This document shows, in pieces, positions 27,401 through 37,338 of a stretch of DNA of 64,000 nt (its first letter is position 1; the number at the start of each line of letters is the position of its first letter). Made by a program: the position numbers and the translations under genes. The notes beneath the pieces are model-generated. The model ran no database searches and was not told where the DNA came from. It saw nothing but the letters and a program-made list of their open reading frames with translations. The stretch comes from Hypanus sabinus (taxonomy: Eukaryota): NCBI RefSeq assembly GCF_030144855.1, contig NC_082717.1, positions 30,876,001-30,940,000 on the forward strand, given 5' to 3'.

Positions 27401-30400
27401 CCAAAGTGCATAACCATGCATTTTCCAACCTTGTATTTCATTTGCCACTTTCTTGCCCATTCTCCTAATCTGTCTAAGTCCTTCTGCATCCTACCTGTTT
27501 CCTCAACATTAACTGCCCCTCCATCAATCTCCATATTATCTGCAAACTTAGCAACAAAGCCGTCTATTCCATCATCTAAGTCATTTATATACAGTATAAA
27601 AATAAGTGGTCCCAACACCGACCCCTGCGGAACACCACTAGTCACTGGCAGCCAACAAGAAAAGGATCCTTTTATTCCCACTTGCTGCCTCCTACCAATC
27701 AGCCAATGCTCTACCCATGTCAGTAACTTTCCTGTAATACTGTGGGGTCTTACCTTGGTAAGCAGACTCGTGTGGCACCTTGTCAAGGGCCTTCTGAAAG
27801 TCCAAATATACAACATCCACTGCAAACCCTTTATCTATCCTACTTGTAATCTCCTCAAAAGAATTTCAACAGGTTCATCAGGCAGGATGTTCCCTGGAAA
27901 CCATGCTGACTTTGTACTATCTTGTCCTGTGTCACCTAATACTTCATCACCTCATCCTTAACATTTGTCTCTAACAACTTCCCAACCACTAAGGTCAGGT
28001 TAACTGGTCTTTAATTTCCTCTCTGCTGCTTTGCTCCTTTCTTAAAGAGTGCAGTAATATTTGCAATTTTCCAGTCCTCTGGCACCATGCCAGAGTCCAA
28101 TGATTTTTGAAAGATAATTTCTAAAGCTACTACAATCTTTAGCGCTAGCTCTTTCACAACCCTAGGGTGCAGTTCCCCTGGTCTGGATGGCTTGTGTGCC
28201 TTTAGGTCTTCCAGCTTTTTCAGCACCTTCTTTCTTGTAACAGTAACTGCACCCACTTCTCTTCCTTCACACATTATAACATCAGGCACGCTGCTAGTGT
28301 CTTCCACAGTGAAGACTGACACAAAATACTCATTTAGTGCAGCAGCCACCTGCTTTTTCCCAGTTATTATTTCTCCTACCTCAATTTTTAGCAGTCCTAT
28401 ATCCACCCTCATCTCTCTTTTATTTTCAACATATTTGAAAAAACTTTTACTATCCACTTTGATATTATTTGCTAGCTTGCTTTCATTTTTCATCTTTTTC
28501 CTTCTAATGATTATTTTAGTTGCTCTCTGTAGGTTTTTAAAAACTTCCCTATCCTCTAGCTTCCCACTAATTTTTGCTTTGTTATATGCCCTTTCATTTG
28601 ATTTTACAGTAGCTTTGTCTTTCGTTGTCAGCCACGGTTATATTATTTTACCATTTAAGTATTTCTTCACTTTTGGAATACACATGTCCTGCACCTTCCT
28701 CATTTTTCCCAGAAACACACATCATTGCTGCTCTGCTGATATCCCTGCCAGCAGCTCCTTCCAATTTATTTTGGTCATCTCCTCTTTCATACCACTGTAA
28801 TTTCCCTTACTCCACTGAAATCTTGCTATATCAGAATTTACTTTCTCCCTATCAAATTTCAAGTTGAATACATTTATATTGTGATCACTGGTTCCAAAGG
28901 GTTCCTTTACCTTAAGCTCTCTAATCACCTCAGGTTCATTACATAACACACAATCCAGTATAGCTGATCCCCTAGTAGGCTCAATGACAAACTGCTCTGT
29001 AAAGCTATCTCTTAGGCATTCAACAAACTCACTCTTTTGCAATCCATTACCAACCTGATTTTCCCAATTGAGCTACATGTTAAAATCTCCCATGACTACC
29101 ATAACATTGACCTTTTGAGTTGCCTTTTCTATTTCCTTTTGTAACCTGTGGTCCACTTCCCAGCCACTGTTGTGAGACCTGAGCTGCCATCAATATCCTT
29201 TTACCCTTGCAGTTCCCTAACTCAACCCACAAGGATTCAACATCTTCCAATCCTATGTCACATATTTCTACTGATTTGATGTCATTCTTCACCAATAGAG
29301 TCACACCACCCCCTCAGCCTACCTTCCTGTCCCTCCAATATAACGTGTAACCTTGGACATTCAGCTCCCAACTACAACCTTCCATCAGCCGTGATTCAGT
29401 GGTGGCCACAACATCATTCCTGGCAATCTGTAATAGTGCAACAAGATCATCCACCTTATTTCTTATCCTACATGCATTTAGATACAACACCTTGAGTATC
29501 CTGTATTTGCTATCCTTTCTGATTCTGCACCCCTAATGATTTGATACTCAACCTGTTGCCTGCAACTAATTCCCATCACCTGTCTGTTCTTCCTGACAAT
29601 TTGACTGCATGCTGTCTTTACTTTTTTACCATCCATCCTATCCTGAGTCCCTTCACCTCAGTTCCCACCCCCCTGTCAAGTTAGTTTAAACCCTCCCCAA
29701 CAGCTCTAACAAACCTGCCCATGAGAATATTAGTCCCCCTCGGGTTCAGGTGCAACCCATCACTTTTGAACAGGTCATACCTCCCCCAGAAGAGATCCCA
29801 ATTATCCAAGAACCTGAAGCCCTGCCTCCTGCACCAGCTTCTCAGCCACACATTTATCTGCCAAATCATCCTGTTTCTAGCCTCACTGGTGCGTGGCACA
29901 GGCAGCAACCCAGAAATTACTACCCAGGAGGTCCTGCTTCTCAGCTTTCTACCTAGCTCTCTCAATTCTCTTTTCAGGACCTCATTGCTTTTCCTTCCTA
30001 TGTCATTGGTACCAATATGTACCAAGATATCTAGCTGCTCCCCCTCCCTCTCTAAAATGTTGTGGACACGAGCTGAGACCCTGGCACCTGGGAGGCAACA
30101 TACCATTCAGGTGTCCAATTCATGTCCACAGAATCTCCTGTCTGTTCCCTTCACTATTGAGTCCCCTATCACTACTGCTCCCTTCTTCTCTCTCTTTGCC
30201 TTCTGCACCGCGGACCCAGGCTCAGTGCCTGTAACCCGGTCGCCATGGCGTTCTCTTGGGAGGTTATCCCGCACAAAAGTATCCGAAGTGGTATACTTGT
30301 TTTTTGAGGGGAATGGCCACAGGGGTACTCTGCTCTAACAACCTATTTCCATTTCTTCTGACAATCACCCAGCTACTCTAAATCCTACTCTGACTTGTAA

Positions 30401-33166
30401 AGTTTGTGCTGATATTGTTACGACTTGATGTTTAACAGGTCAAATGCAGCCATGTTATATGCAAGTTCATATTATTAGTATATAACACATAAGCCAGAGC
30501 ATTAAAGAGTAAAGTAAAACAAAAACAAGACGTTGGCAAGTCATATTCTCAGAAAACATTGAAATATTTAAAAGCATTGTTAATATTTAGTATACATGAT
30601 ATTTTCTTGGAGTTATCAGCAACAGAGACTTCCATAAGCAATGATCTGTTTGGTATGGGTAAAATACTGAGTTGCAAGGTTATTGTAGAAAATTCTTGTT
30701 CTTTACACGAGTGAATAGAATGCGTCAACTGCTGCCTCAAAACATTTAAATATTGTTGGTTGTCTGTCATATCCAACCATGTGAGAGTATTTTAAAAGTG
30801 GAAAAGCTGTTAAACTGGGGCAGTCCCATTCTCTCAACCTCAGTGGCACGTGTAGTGTCGCAACTGGGGTCTTCCTTTTTTGCAGTGGATGGCCATGACT
30901 TCTGTGCCTTGCCATGCCTTTTGCTCTGCACATAGTTTTGCAGAACTGCCTACCTGGTTGTTGTATCTCACTGTAGATCTCATTCGCCAAGTCCACTGGA
31001 GCTGACATCACATGCTAGGACAGGTATGTCCCTATCTCACCAGGGTATGAAGGCTGCTGGCTACCCTCGCCTGGTTTAGCCCACTTGTGGAAGTGGTCTA
31101 CTAGGTTGTGGCCACTCTCACATATAAACAGCTACTTGGAGCCAAAGGTGAGAGCTGAGTGTCCAGTGGGGCCCAACAGTGAGTGAGTTGCCCCGGAATA
31201 GACACAACAAGCCTCTTCCCAGACACCCCATACATCTCTTTTAAAGTCTAACTGCATTATATATACTCATTTAAATGTTAGATTTCTTGACCAAATAATT
31301 CAGCCATCCACACACAAGAGATTCTGCAGAAGCTGGAGATCCAGAGCAACACACACAATATGATGGAGGAATTCAGGAGGCTAGGCAGTATTTATGGGAA
31401 TGAATAAACTGGTGACATTTCAGGTCGAGACCTGTTCTCAGGTCTGGAAAGGGAGGGGGAAGATATCAAAATAAAAAGGTGGATGGAGTGGAAGGAGGAT
31501 GAAGTAAAAAGGAATAGCTGAAGCCAGGTGGGTGAGGAGGCGGTTGAAGTTGAAAACTAGGAGGATATAAGTGGAAAAGGTAAAGGTCTGGAGAAGAATC
31601 TGATAGGAAAGTGGATCATGGGAGAAAGGGAAGGAAGAGGAGCACCAAAGGGAGGTGATAGGCAGGTGAGGAGAAGAGGTAAGAGACCAGAGTGGGGAGT
31701 TGAAGATGAGGATGAGAAGGGGGAAATAATTACTGTAAGTTAGAGAAATCGACATTCATGCCATCAGATTGGAGGGTACCTAGACTGAATATGAGGTGGC
31801 CTTACTGTGGCAGAAGAGGAGGCCATGGGCCAACATGTCAGTCAGAGAATGGGATTGGATTTAAAATGGTTGGCCACCGGGATATCCTTTTTGTGGATGG
31901 AACACATAGTGACTTCCCAGTCTTCGTCATGTCTCACCAATATAAAGGAAACCAAATTGGGAGCACCAGATACAATAGACTACCCCAACAGATTCATGGG
32001 TGAAGTGTTTCCTCACCTGTAAGGACTGTTTGGGGCCCTGAATGGAGGTGTGGGAAGAGGTGACTAGGCAGGTGTAGCACTTCTGCTTGCAGTGATAAAT
32101 GCTAAAAGGGAGATTAGTTTAGTAGTGAGGGACAAGTGATTCATTGAGGGAGCAATTCCTGCAGACAGTGGAGAGCGAAGTGGGAGATAAAGATGTGTTT
32201 GGTGGTAGGGTCCCATTGAAGATGGCGGTAGATGTGGAGAATGAGGGTGGTAGATAAGACAAAATGAACTCTGTCCCTGTTACGATGGTGGGAAGATGGG
32301 GTAAGCATGGATATCTGGGAAATGGAGGAGAACTGGGTGAGAGCAGAATCAATGGTGGGGGAAAGGTAACCCCATTCTTTGAAGAAGGAGGACATACCTA
32401 ACGTTCTGGAAAGGAAAGCATCATTCTGGATCCAAAGCAATGGAGACGAATTGAGAAAAAGAAATGGCACATTTTGCAGGAGACAGGATGGGAAGAAGTA
32501 TAGTCAAGATAGCCATGGGAATTGTTAGACTTATAAAAGGTATTAGAAGACAGTTTGCCTCCAGAGATGGGAACAGAGAGATCGGGCAAGGGGAGAAAGT
32601 TGTTAGAAATAGATCGAGTGAACACAAGGGCATGAAGGAAATTGGTGAAATTGGTGAGCTCAGCGTGGGTGTATGAAGTAACACCTATGCAGTCGTCAGT
32701 GTACTGCACATGGAGTTGGGGAGTATTACCAGGGAAGGCTTGGAACATGGACTGTTCCACACAGCCAATGAAAAGGCAGGCATAGCTGGAGCCCATTCAG
32801 GTGCCCATAGCTACATCTTGAGTTTAGAGAAAGTGGGAGGAATAGAAAGAGAAATTGCTGAGGTGAGAACCAGTTCTGTCAGACAGAGGCGAGTGGTGAT
32901 GGGGGGAACTGGTCGGGTCTGTTAAAGCAGTGGAGAGCCTTCACTGATTAAAAGAGGTCAAACAAGTACTGTGCATACTTCCTTGTGAATTGCAAGTTAT
33001 AGCTTTTTTTTTGAGAGAATTACTTTAGACACTTGTATTTGCTAAGCCTATAACAAAACTTTTCAAGTTTTTATTTTTATCTTTATTCTTTCAGGAACTT
33101 GAGCATTATAGAAGAAATGCTTCTAAATTATGGAAAGAGATGGAACTTGATGTACGTGGGAAATAA
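416..33166 (+). CDS. DYNC2LI1: Cytoplasmic dynein 2 light intermediate chain 1, complete 13-exon gene (1074 nt spliced CDS, 357 aa)
   Basis: Exons 416-429, 4155-4272, 9651-9685, 9892-9961, 12362-12450, 13259-13445, 14944-15012, 15110-15187, 16679-16758, 17041-17111, 21937-22034, 24262-24354 and 33095-33166 all have GT-AG ends and compatible phases. Translation [12 protein letters not shown]...GNKSGGKTT...[13 protein letters not shown]...[11 protein letters not shown]...[14 protein letters not shown]...ELDVRGK* matches recalled vertebrate DYNC2LI1. Confidence 0.96.
1225..1775 (+). mobile_element. CR1-clade LINE 3' fragment
   Basis: [18 protein letters not shown] remnant and a CR1-type 3' end. 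Confidence 0.8.
1972..2958 (-). mobile_element. Rex1/Babar-like LINE, 5'-truncated, RT C-terminal half
   Basis: [15 protein letters not shown]...[12 protein letters not shown]...[11 protein letters not shown]...[11 protein letters not shown]; (TCTG)n tail at 1972-1985. Confidence 0.8.
3320..3970 (+). mobile_element. Old degenerate CR1 fragment
   Basis: Resembles the other CR1 copies (gtgaagcctcacctcgga, ggagtttagaagaatgag). Confidence 0.55.
4155..4272 (+). CDS. DYNC2LI1: DYNC2LI1 exon 2
   Basis: ttgcag|...[14 protein letters not shown]...[10 protein letters not shown]|gtaagt. Confidence 0.95.
4845..6810 (+). mobile_element. Rex/Babar-like LINE fragment interrupted by a CR1 3' fragment (5839-6550)
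   Basis: LDPLQFAYR and [13 protein letters not shown] remnants; the inner CR1 encodes RPHLEYC..WAPYL.KD and has a tcttatgg tail. Confidence 0.75.
6930..7655 (+). mobile_element. Rex/Babar-like LINE 3' fragment
   Basis: FKFLGV.IS and [13 protein letters not shown] remnants; tgattc-type tail. Confidence 0.7.
8430..8681 (-). mobile_element. tRNA-derived SINE
   Basis: Minus strand has A-box-like TGGTGCAGTG, a perfect B-box GGTTCGAATCC (8621-8631), and a (CAT)n tail. Confidence 0.65.
8865..9385 (-). mobile_element. Rex/Babar-like LINE 3' fragment
   Basis: Reverse-complement similarity to 6930-7655; atcagaatcagg tail. Confidence 0.65.
9651..9685 (+). CDS. DYNC2LI1: DYNC2LI1 exon 3
   Basis: tttacag|[12 protein letters not shown]|gtacgt; completes the P-loop-like motif. 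Confidence 0.93.
9892..9961 (+). CDS. DYNC2LI1: DYNC2LI1 exon 4
   Basis: ggcag|[23 protein letters not shown]|gtaagc. Confidence 0.95.
10070..10137. repeat. 34-bp tandem duplication (2 copies)
   Basis: ggtaatgaagtatagacaaagcaggaaatcggga / ggttatgaagtttagacaaagctggaaatcagga. Confidence 0.75.
10205..11280 (-). mobile_element. Penelope-like element fragment (GIY-YIG remnant plus terminus)
   Basis: ORF remnant [22 protein letters not shown]; terminal motif tgctgga.gaactca. Confidence 0.65.
12362..12450 (+). CDS. DYNC2LI1: DYNC2LI1 exon 5
   Basis: ttgcag|[30 protein letters not shown]|gtttgt. Confidence 0.95.
13259..13445 (+). CDS. DYNC2LI1: DYNC2LI1 exon 6
   Basis: aatag|[17 protein letters not shown]...QKDHP|gtgagt. 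Confidence 0.95.
14020..14430 (-). mobile_element. Rex/Babar-like LINE fragment
   Basis: [15 protein letters not shown] remnant. Confidence 0.6.
14944..15012 (+). CDS. DYNC2LI1: DYNC2LI1 exon 7
   Basis: catcag|[23 protein letters not shown]|gtacag. Confidence 0.95.
15110..15187 (+). CDS. DYNC2LI1: DYNC2LI1 exon 8
   Basis: ccatag|[26 protein letters not shown]|gtatgt; preceded by a 97-bp intron. Confidence 0.95.
16679..16758 (+). CDS. DYNC2LI1: DYNC2LI1 exon 9
   Basis: tttag|[26 protein letters not shown]|gtgagt. Confidence 0.9.
17041..17111 (+). CDS. DYNC2LI1: DYNC2LI1 exon 10
   Basis: ttgtag|[23 protein letters not shown]|gtaagt. Confidence 0.95.
17138..18230 (-). mobile_element. Penelope-like element 3' fragment with a nested palindromic terminus insertion
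   Basis: Terminal motif cacacaaaatgctggaggaactc; similar to 31310-32940. Confidence 0.7.
17196..17234 (-). ncRNA. Degenerate hammerhead motif in a Penelope-like terminus
   Basis: Minus strand reads ctagtc-CTGATGA-agggtcttggcct-GAAA-ctttgacag; core intact, helix III and cleavage triplet mutated. Confidence 0.45.
19450..20420 (-). mobile_element. CR1 LINE 3' fragment
   Basis: [19 protein letters not shown] and LQKDLD.L.EWA remnants. Confidence 0.85.
20431..20742. mobile_element. Mariner-derived MITE, truncated copy
   Basis: TA plus TIR caaggggtgattga..; same family as 41530-41994, opposite orientation. Confidence 0.7.
21493..21552. repeat. (TTA/TTC)n degenerate microsatellite
   Basis: ttattattattattt...ttcttattattattcttatt. 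Confidence 0.7.
21937..22034 (+). CDS. DYNC2LI1: DYNC2LI1 exon 11
   Basis: atgcag|[32 protein letters not shown]|gtaatt. Confidence 0.95.
22065..22660. mobile_element. Degenerate Penelope-like fragment with inverted termini
   Basis: Terminal motifs at both ends and EEHHL.F-type GIY-YIG C-terminal remnant. Confidence 0.5.
23270..24238 (+). mobile_element. CR1 LINE 3' fragment
   Basis: [16 protein letters not shown] and [13 protein letters not shown] remnants; ends about 25 nt before the DYNC2LI1 exon 12 acceptor. Confidence 0.88.
24262..24354 (+). CDS. DYNC2LI1: DYNC2LI1 exon 12
   Basis: ttacag|[31 protein letters not shown]|gtaact. Confidence 0.95.
24450..24640 (+). mobile_element. Deu-domain SINE-like remnant
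   Basis: gaaggtgccatctttcaggtgaga resembles the recalled DeuSINE/AmnSINE1 core GGTGCCGTCTTTCGGATGAG. Confidence 0.45.
24730..24942 (+). mobile_element. V-SINE/HE1-like SINE
   Basis: gggttc B-box remnant; core gctcc.g.ttt.ctc.cac.ttccaaagac..gttaattgg; taaa tail. Confidence 0.6.
26636..30375 (-). mobile_element. Near-full-length degenerate CR1 LINE: ORF1 esterase (SGNH) plus ORF2 APE-RT
   Basis: ORF1 remnant VHIGTNDIG...VVISGLLP...DGLHLN (29681-30106); endonuclease PTRGSAILD...SDHN; [32 protein letters not shown]; frameshifts present. Confidence 0.9.
31310..32940 (-). mobile_element. Penelope-like retroelement, degenerate (RT, GIY-YIG, terminus)
   Basis: [24 protein letters not shown]; [23 protein letters not shown] (31931-31980, minus strand). 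Confidence 0.85.
33095..33166 (+). CDS. DYNC2LI1: DYNC2LI1 exon 13 (terminal coding)
   Basis: tttcag|[23 protein letters not shown]; TAA at 33164-33166. Confidence 0.93.
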   Translation, partial: ELEHYRRNASKLWKEMELDVRGK

Positions 33167-33470
33167 TTGAATATTAAGTATGCAATGGTGCATTTTTGAT
33201 TCAAACAATTAATAATTTGTGTAATTCAATATTAACTTTTTGGCAGTTATCTATAAAGGGCATTAAAAAGCCATTATACTTGAATTATTTTAACACTATT
33301 GTTTGTTTTGTATGCAAACTTGTATTGCACACTTCAGTTCTATTTTGATGATTTAATTTCTGTTCTTCCCTCAGTCTGATGGTAAGATTTGTCTATGGGA
33401 AAATTTATTATGTACATTTTATATTTTTAAGGCATACATTTTAAGTATGGCTCTATTAGAAAGGATATAA

Positions 33471-33476
33471 AATAAA
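33471..33476 (+). terminator. Candidate poly(A) signal of DYNC2LI1
   Basis: AATAAA about 300 nt after the stop, followed by GU/U-rich tgtctgtctgttt. Confidence 0.55.
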
Positions 33477-33581
33477 AAGTGATTAGAACAAGGTGCAACT
33501 TGCCTGTCTGTCTGTTTCACTGATGAATACATTTTGTTAAGTTATTAAAATTGTCAGAGATTATGCAGAATGGTTGAGCGG

Positions 33582-33857
33582 AAATAGTATATCCTTTTGT
33601 TCCAGACTGCCTAGTTCTGTCCTCAGTTGGCATTTGCAAATATGAACATCAGGAGAAATATCCTAATGGTTGGACAGCAGACTTTCCCATATTCTGAAAC
33701 ATGAGAAAATCTGCAGATGCTGGAAATCCATCTGCAGATTTTTAGAATATTGGAATGTCTGAACTCCAACCATTGGGGTATTTCTCCTGATGTTCACATT
33801 TGCGAATGCCAACTGAGGACACAACCAGGCAATCTGGAATAAAAGGATATACTATTT
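33582..33857. repeat. About 276-bp imperfect palindrome (fold-back)
   Basis: aaatagtatatcctttt...aaaatctgcagatg-loop-catctgcagatttt...aaaaggatatactattt. Confidence 0.9.
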
Positions 33858-35969
33858 ACAGAATGGAGATGGTGCAAACAAAATGGAAAATTTTGTCAGT
33901 CCTATAATCACTGGTGTAGTTTTTGGATTATAAATGAAAAGGTCTCAGAAAGAAAGAGATGGGGGCAGTTTTCTACGAGTTGTAGTCAGAACACTGAATG
34001 GTTGCTGTGATTGAGTTCTATTAAAATCATCAAGAGCGAAGGGATAAATAATAATTAAAGTTAAAAGGCAGTTGCAAAGGAACTGCACACATGATTGACC
34101 CTTTATATAGAAAGACAGTAATCAGAAGTTAAACAAAGGTTAGGGAAATAGAAGTAATCAGATTAGATAATCTGTAATATTTTATATCATAGTTCCAGTA
34201 TTATCAAATATCACTGTCATATGCAAAAGCAAACCAAACTGCTGGAGGAACTCACAGGCTGAGCAACATCTACGGTGGTAAAGGAACAGTTGATGTATTG
34301 GGTGGAGCCCCTGCTTCAGGACAGAGTGTATAGGGAATATAGTCTGACATATTATTTGTATTTGTATCACTTACTCCTGGTGTTCGGTCAGATTTTAATA
34401 AACTTTTAAAGTATTGAGTTGTACTGCTCTTTCCCATTCATGCAGGTTCAGGTTGAACAGAGGAAAATGGTAGAAAGAAGTTCCTATATTCTCCTGTTTC
34501 AGTCTCTGAGGTACCCACATTAACCGGCCATTCCTTTCCTTTTCACATATCCTTCAAAGCTCTTAGCTCTGGTACTATTTCTCATTGGACCATTCTCACA
34601 ATCTTATTTCTTTGATCTGTCTTTGAATGCTGACTTTTTTTAAAAATTCAGTTTTTAGTTAAGCTTCATGACCTTTTGAAAATAAAATATCCCTACCGAC
34701 TAATTGGCCCAACACCTTTCATGAATCAATGAATAAATTCACCAGCTTTTGTGCCATTTCAAATAATTCAAAAATAAAATTTTGGAGAAACTGTACATGG
34801 GCAATTAGTGAGAAAACTGCAAACACTGGAAATTGAATGAAATACAGACTATAAATGTAAAATAGCAATCTTTTATAATAGTTTTACATCTAAAAAGGAG
34901 AAAGGCTAATGCTTTGAATGTAAAATCCTTACTCTGTAAGTGTTTAATTTACTCCCACTAGATGCTAATTAGTCCAGCACTCTGGAAGACGATGATGAAG
35001 TTCAAGTTTATTTGTGTGTGTGTGTGTTGGGAGGCAATGGTATAGCTTTGCTTAACAGCAATCCACAACAGACCTAACATCCTGTTAGTTAAGCTCATTT
35101 CTAGCATCTGATCTGATCTTGTCATAGTTGCATTTTGTCAACTCAATACTATGTCTCACTTCCAAAACTTGAAGCAGGAGTGGAGCTAATCCCCCGTGAA
35201 GCAAATGAGAAACTGTTCAGTCTATAAACATTTCAACTCCAGAACCAAAGTAACTGCAACTCTTTAAAGGTGAATTATGAAGATGACACTCATGTATTCA
35301 TACATTTAAAAGCCAAATTGCAAGTTAATGTCAAATTATTCACTAAAAGGTATGACAGAATGGGCCTTTTAGGAAGTATTTGCAAAGCAAAGGTTTGCTA
35401 ACTTACCTCCATTGCATGGCCCAACACTCTGGCAATAAAGGTTTGTAATAAGGTTCTGGAAGACATGCTTCTGTTAGCTTATTGATGAAAGTAGCCACCT
35501 TTCATCAAGGCAAGTATCAATGAATTCAGCATTCCCTTCATTCTGCTGGTACATTGGATCATACCTGGCTTAAAATTCATTATCTATTCGACAGTGATTT
35601 CCACTTTCTTCTGTGCTTTAAAGGTATGGATTACCTACCACAGACACGATGTCTGTGAAAAGTGCTGGTGGAACCTATCTCTGCAAAATCCTACAACTCC
35701 ACTGGCAGAACAGTGAACCAGTCAGTATCAACATCCTCTGCCAGGCATTCCTACCATCTAGTCTTTAAATACACCATGTTGACACAGACAGGCAAAGCCA
35801 ATATGAGACTCCCAAAACAGGTACTGTACTCTGAGTACTATCATGACAAAAAAAAAATCACTGAAACCAAATTATCAACCCAAATTACTTTAAGATTGCA
35901 ACGATGAACATCAAAACTTTTTGCTAAACTTGTAACAAAATATACCAAAATATTTTCTGATAATGCATT

Positions 35970-35985
35970 TTTATTACCTTTTATT
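35970..35985 (-). terminator. Candidate ABCG5 poly(A) signals (two AATAAA on minus)
   Basis: tttatt twice, about 1.2 kb downstream of the ABCG5 stop; an earlier AATAAA lies at 36672-36677 inside a LINE tail remnant. Confidence 0.35.
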
Positions 35986-37147
35986 TACAACTCTACAATT
36001 TCTTATTTCATTGCTATAGAACTGGAACAAAAAGATCAAGTTTAGCTTTGTTTTGTTCAGAAACTTATTTTCAAAATAACTTATTCTGTGAATGTGGTAC
36101 CAACAATTAAAAATCAGCAAACACCACAAAAACTTAGACTGAAAGCAAAATGACCAATCTTTATAGGATGTCCAAATAGTATTTTTATGTCTGTGATAAC
36201 GAAAAGCCATCCAGTGTCATGGGTCACATTTAGAAATAGTGGATAACTGTGCCTTTGTTGTTTTTCTTGTTTGAAAATGTGTATGAAAATTGGTACACTG
36301 ATACAAATTGACTAAAATATTTTAATCTTAGCTAATATATCAGGCATATGTTGAAGTATATGGATAGGAATGGAAATACCTTACACAAACATTGTGCACT
36401 TTAACTTAACATTTTATGGTGCAAATGTCTCTCCACCCAGTCTATTTCTACCATGCAATTTCTCCGTGACCAGTCTACTATCATATCTGGCTGCTTCAAT
36501 AAACATTCAAATTTTTCTTAGCATGCTCTTATCAAAATTCAACCTGATTGCTTTTTACTTAAAATAGTCCCAGATTCATGAATGTGGCTAAAGATCAAAT
36601 AAATTGTTAAACCTCTCTGCTTTCCTTCTCCCCCTCATAGTTAGGAAAGTTCCATTAAAGTTCAAAGTAAATTTATTACCAAAGTGCACCGTATACCAAA
36701 GTGCCACCATATACAACCCTGAGATTCATTTTCCTGTGGGCATACTCATCAAAATTTACAAACTAGTAACTACAACAGGATCATTGAAAGATCATTGAAA
36801 ACATAGGACCGGAATATTACATATCTGCATTCTAGATATTACCTAAAGCAGCACTTTAGGTAAAATTTACTCTCAAGAGAAGGAAAGGTATCTGTCAGGA
36901 TTCTTGCATTATCTTCATCCGACCATTCAATGCAGAATTGAGAAAGGGATTGACTTTGCCTTGGTTGTGGTGCTAGCTGCATTAAAATTTTCACTCATAG
37001 CACTGATGAAATGTGGGGAAGAACTGTAATCAGCAGGCAAGGTGTAAAGAGGCACTGACCACATGAAAAGATAACTTTAAATTTGAACATCTTTCCTCTC
37101 ATCTTTTGAAGAGAGAGTGCATTACAAGTTCCTGATCATTGTTCTCA

Positions 37148-37338
37148 TTACCATTGTATCCAATCTCGAATCTTAAAACTAATAATGCCGAAGATAACTA
37201 GAGCAGGCAAGAAGGCATACAGCATCAGAAAATCAAAGACGAATCTGGAAGGTGCCCCTGGATATGTAACATCAAGATATTGAACCCCTTGGGTAAGCCA
37301 GCAAGAAGCACTTGTGGTGTTAGGAGATGTCTGTGCAC
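37148..37338 (-). CDS. ABCG5: ABCG5 exon 13 (terminal coding)
   Basis: [32 protein letters not shown]...FKIRDWIQW*. Confidence 0.94.

Noticed and set aside
27389-30338. Long + strand ORFs of 190-205 aa as novel genes
   Set aside because: They are antisense shadows of the minus-strand CR1 ORFs.
30780-31230. Unassigned repeat-like GC-richer segment (also 54838-54995)
   Set aside because: Looks like retroelement UTR-type sequence, but I cannot assign a family without a database search.
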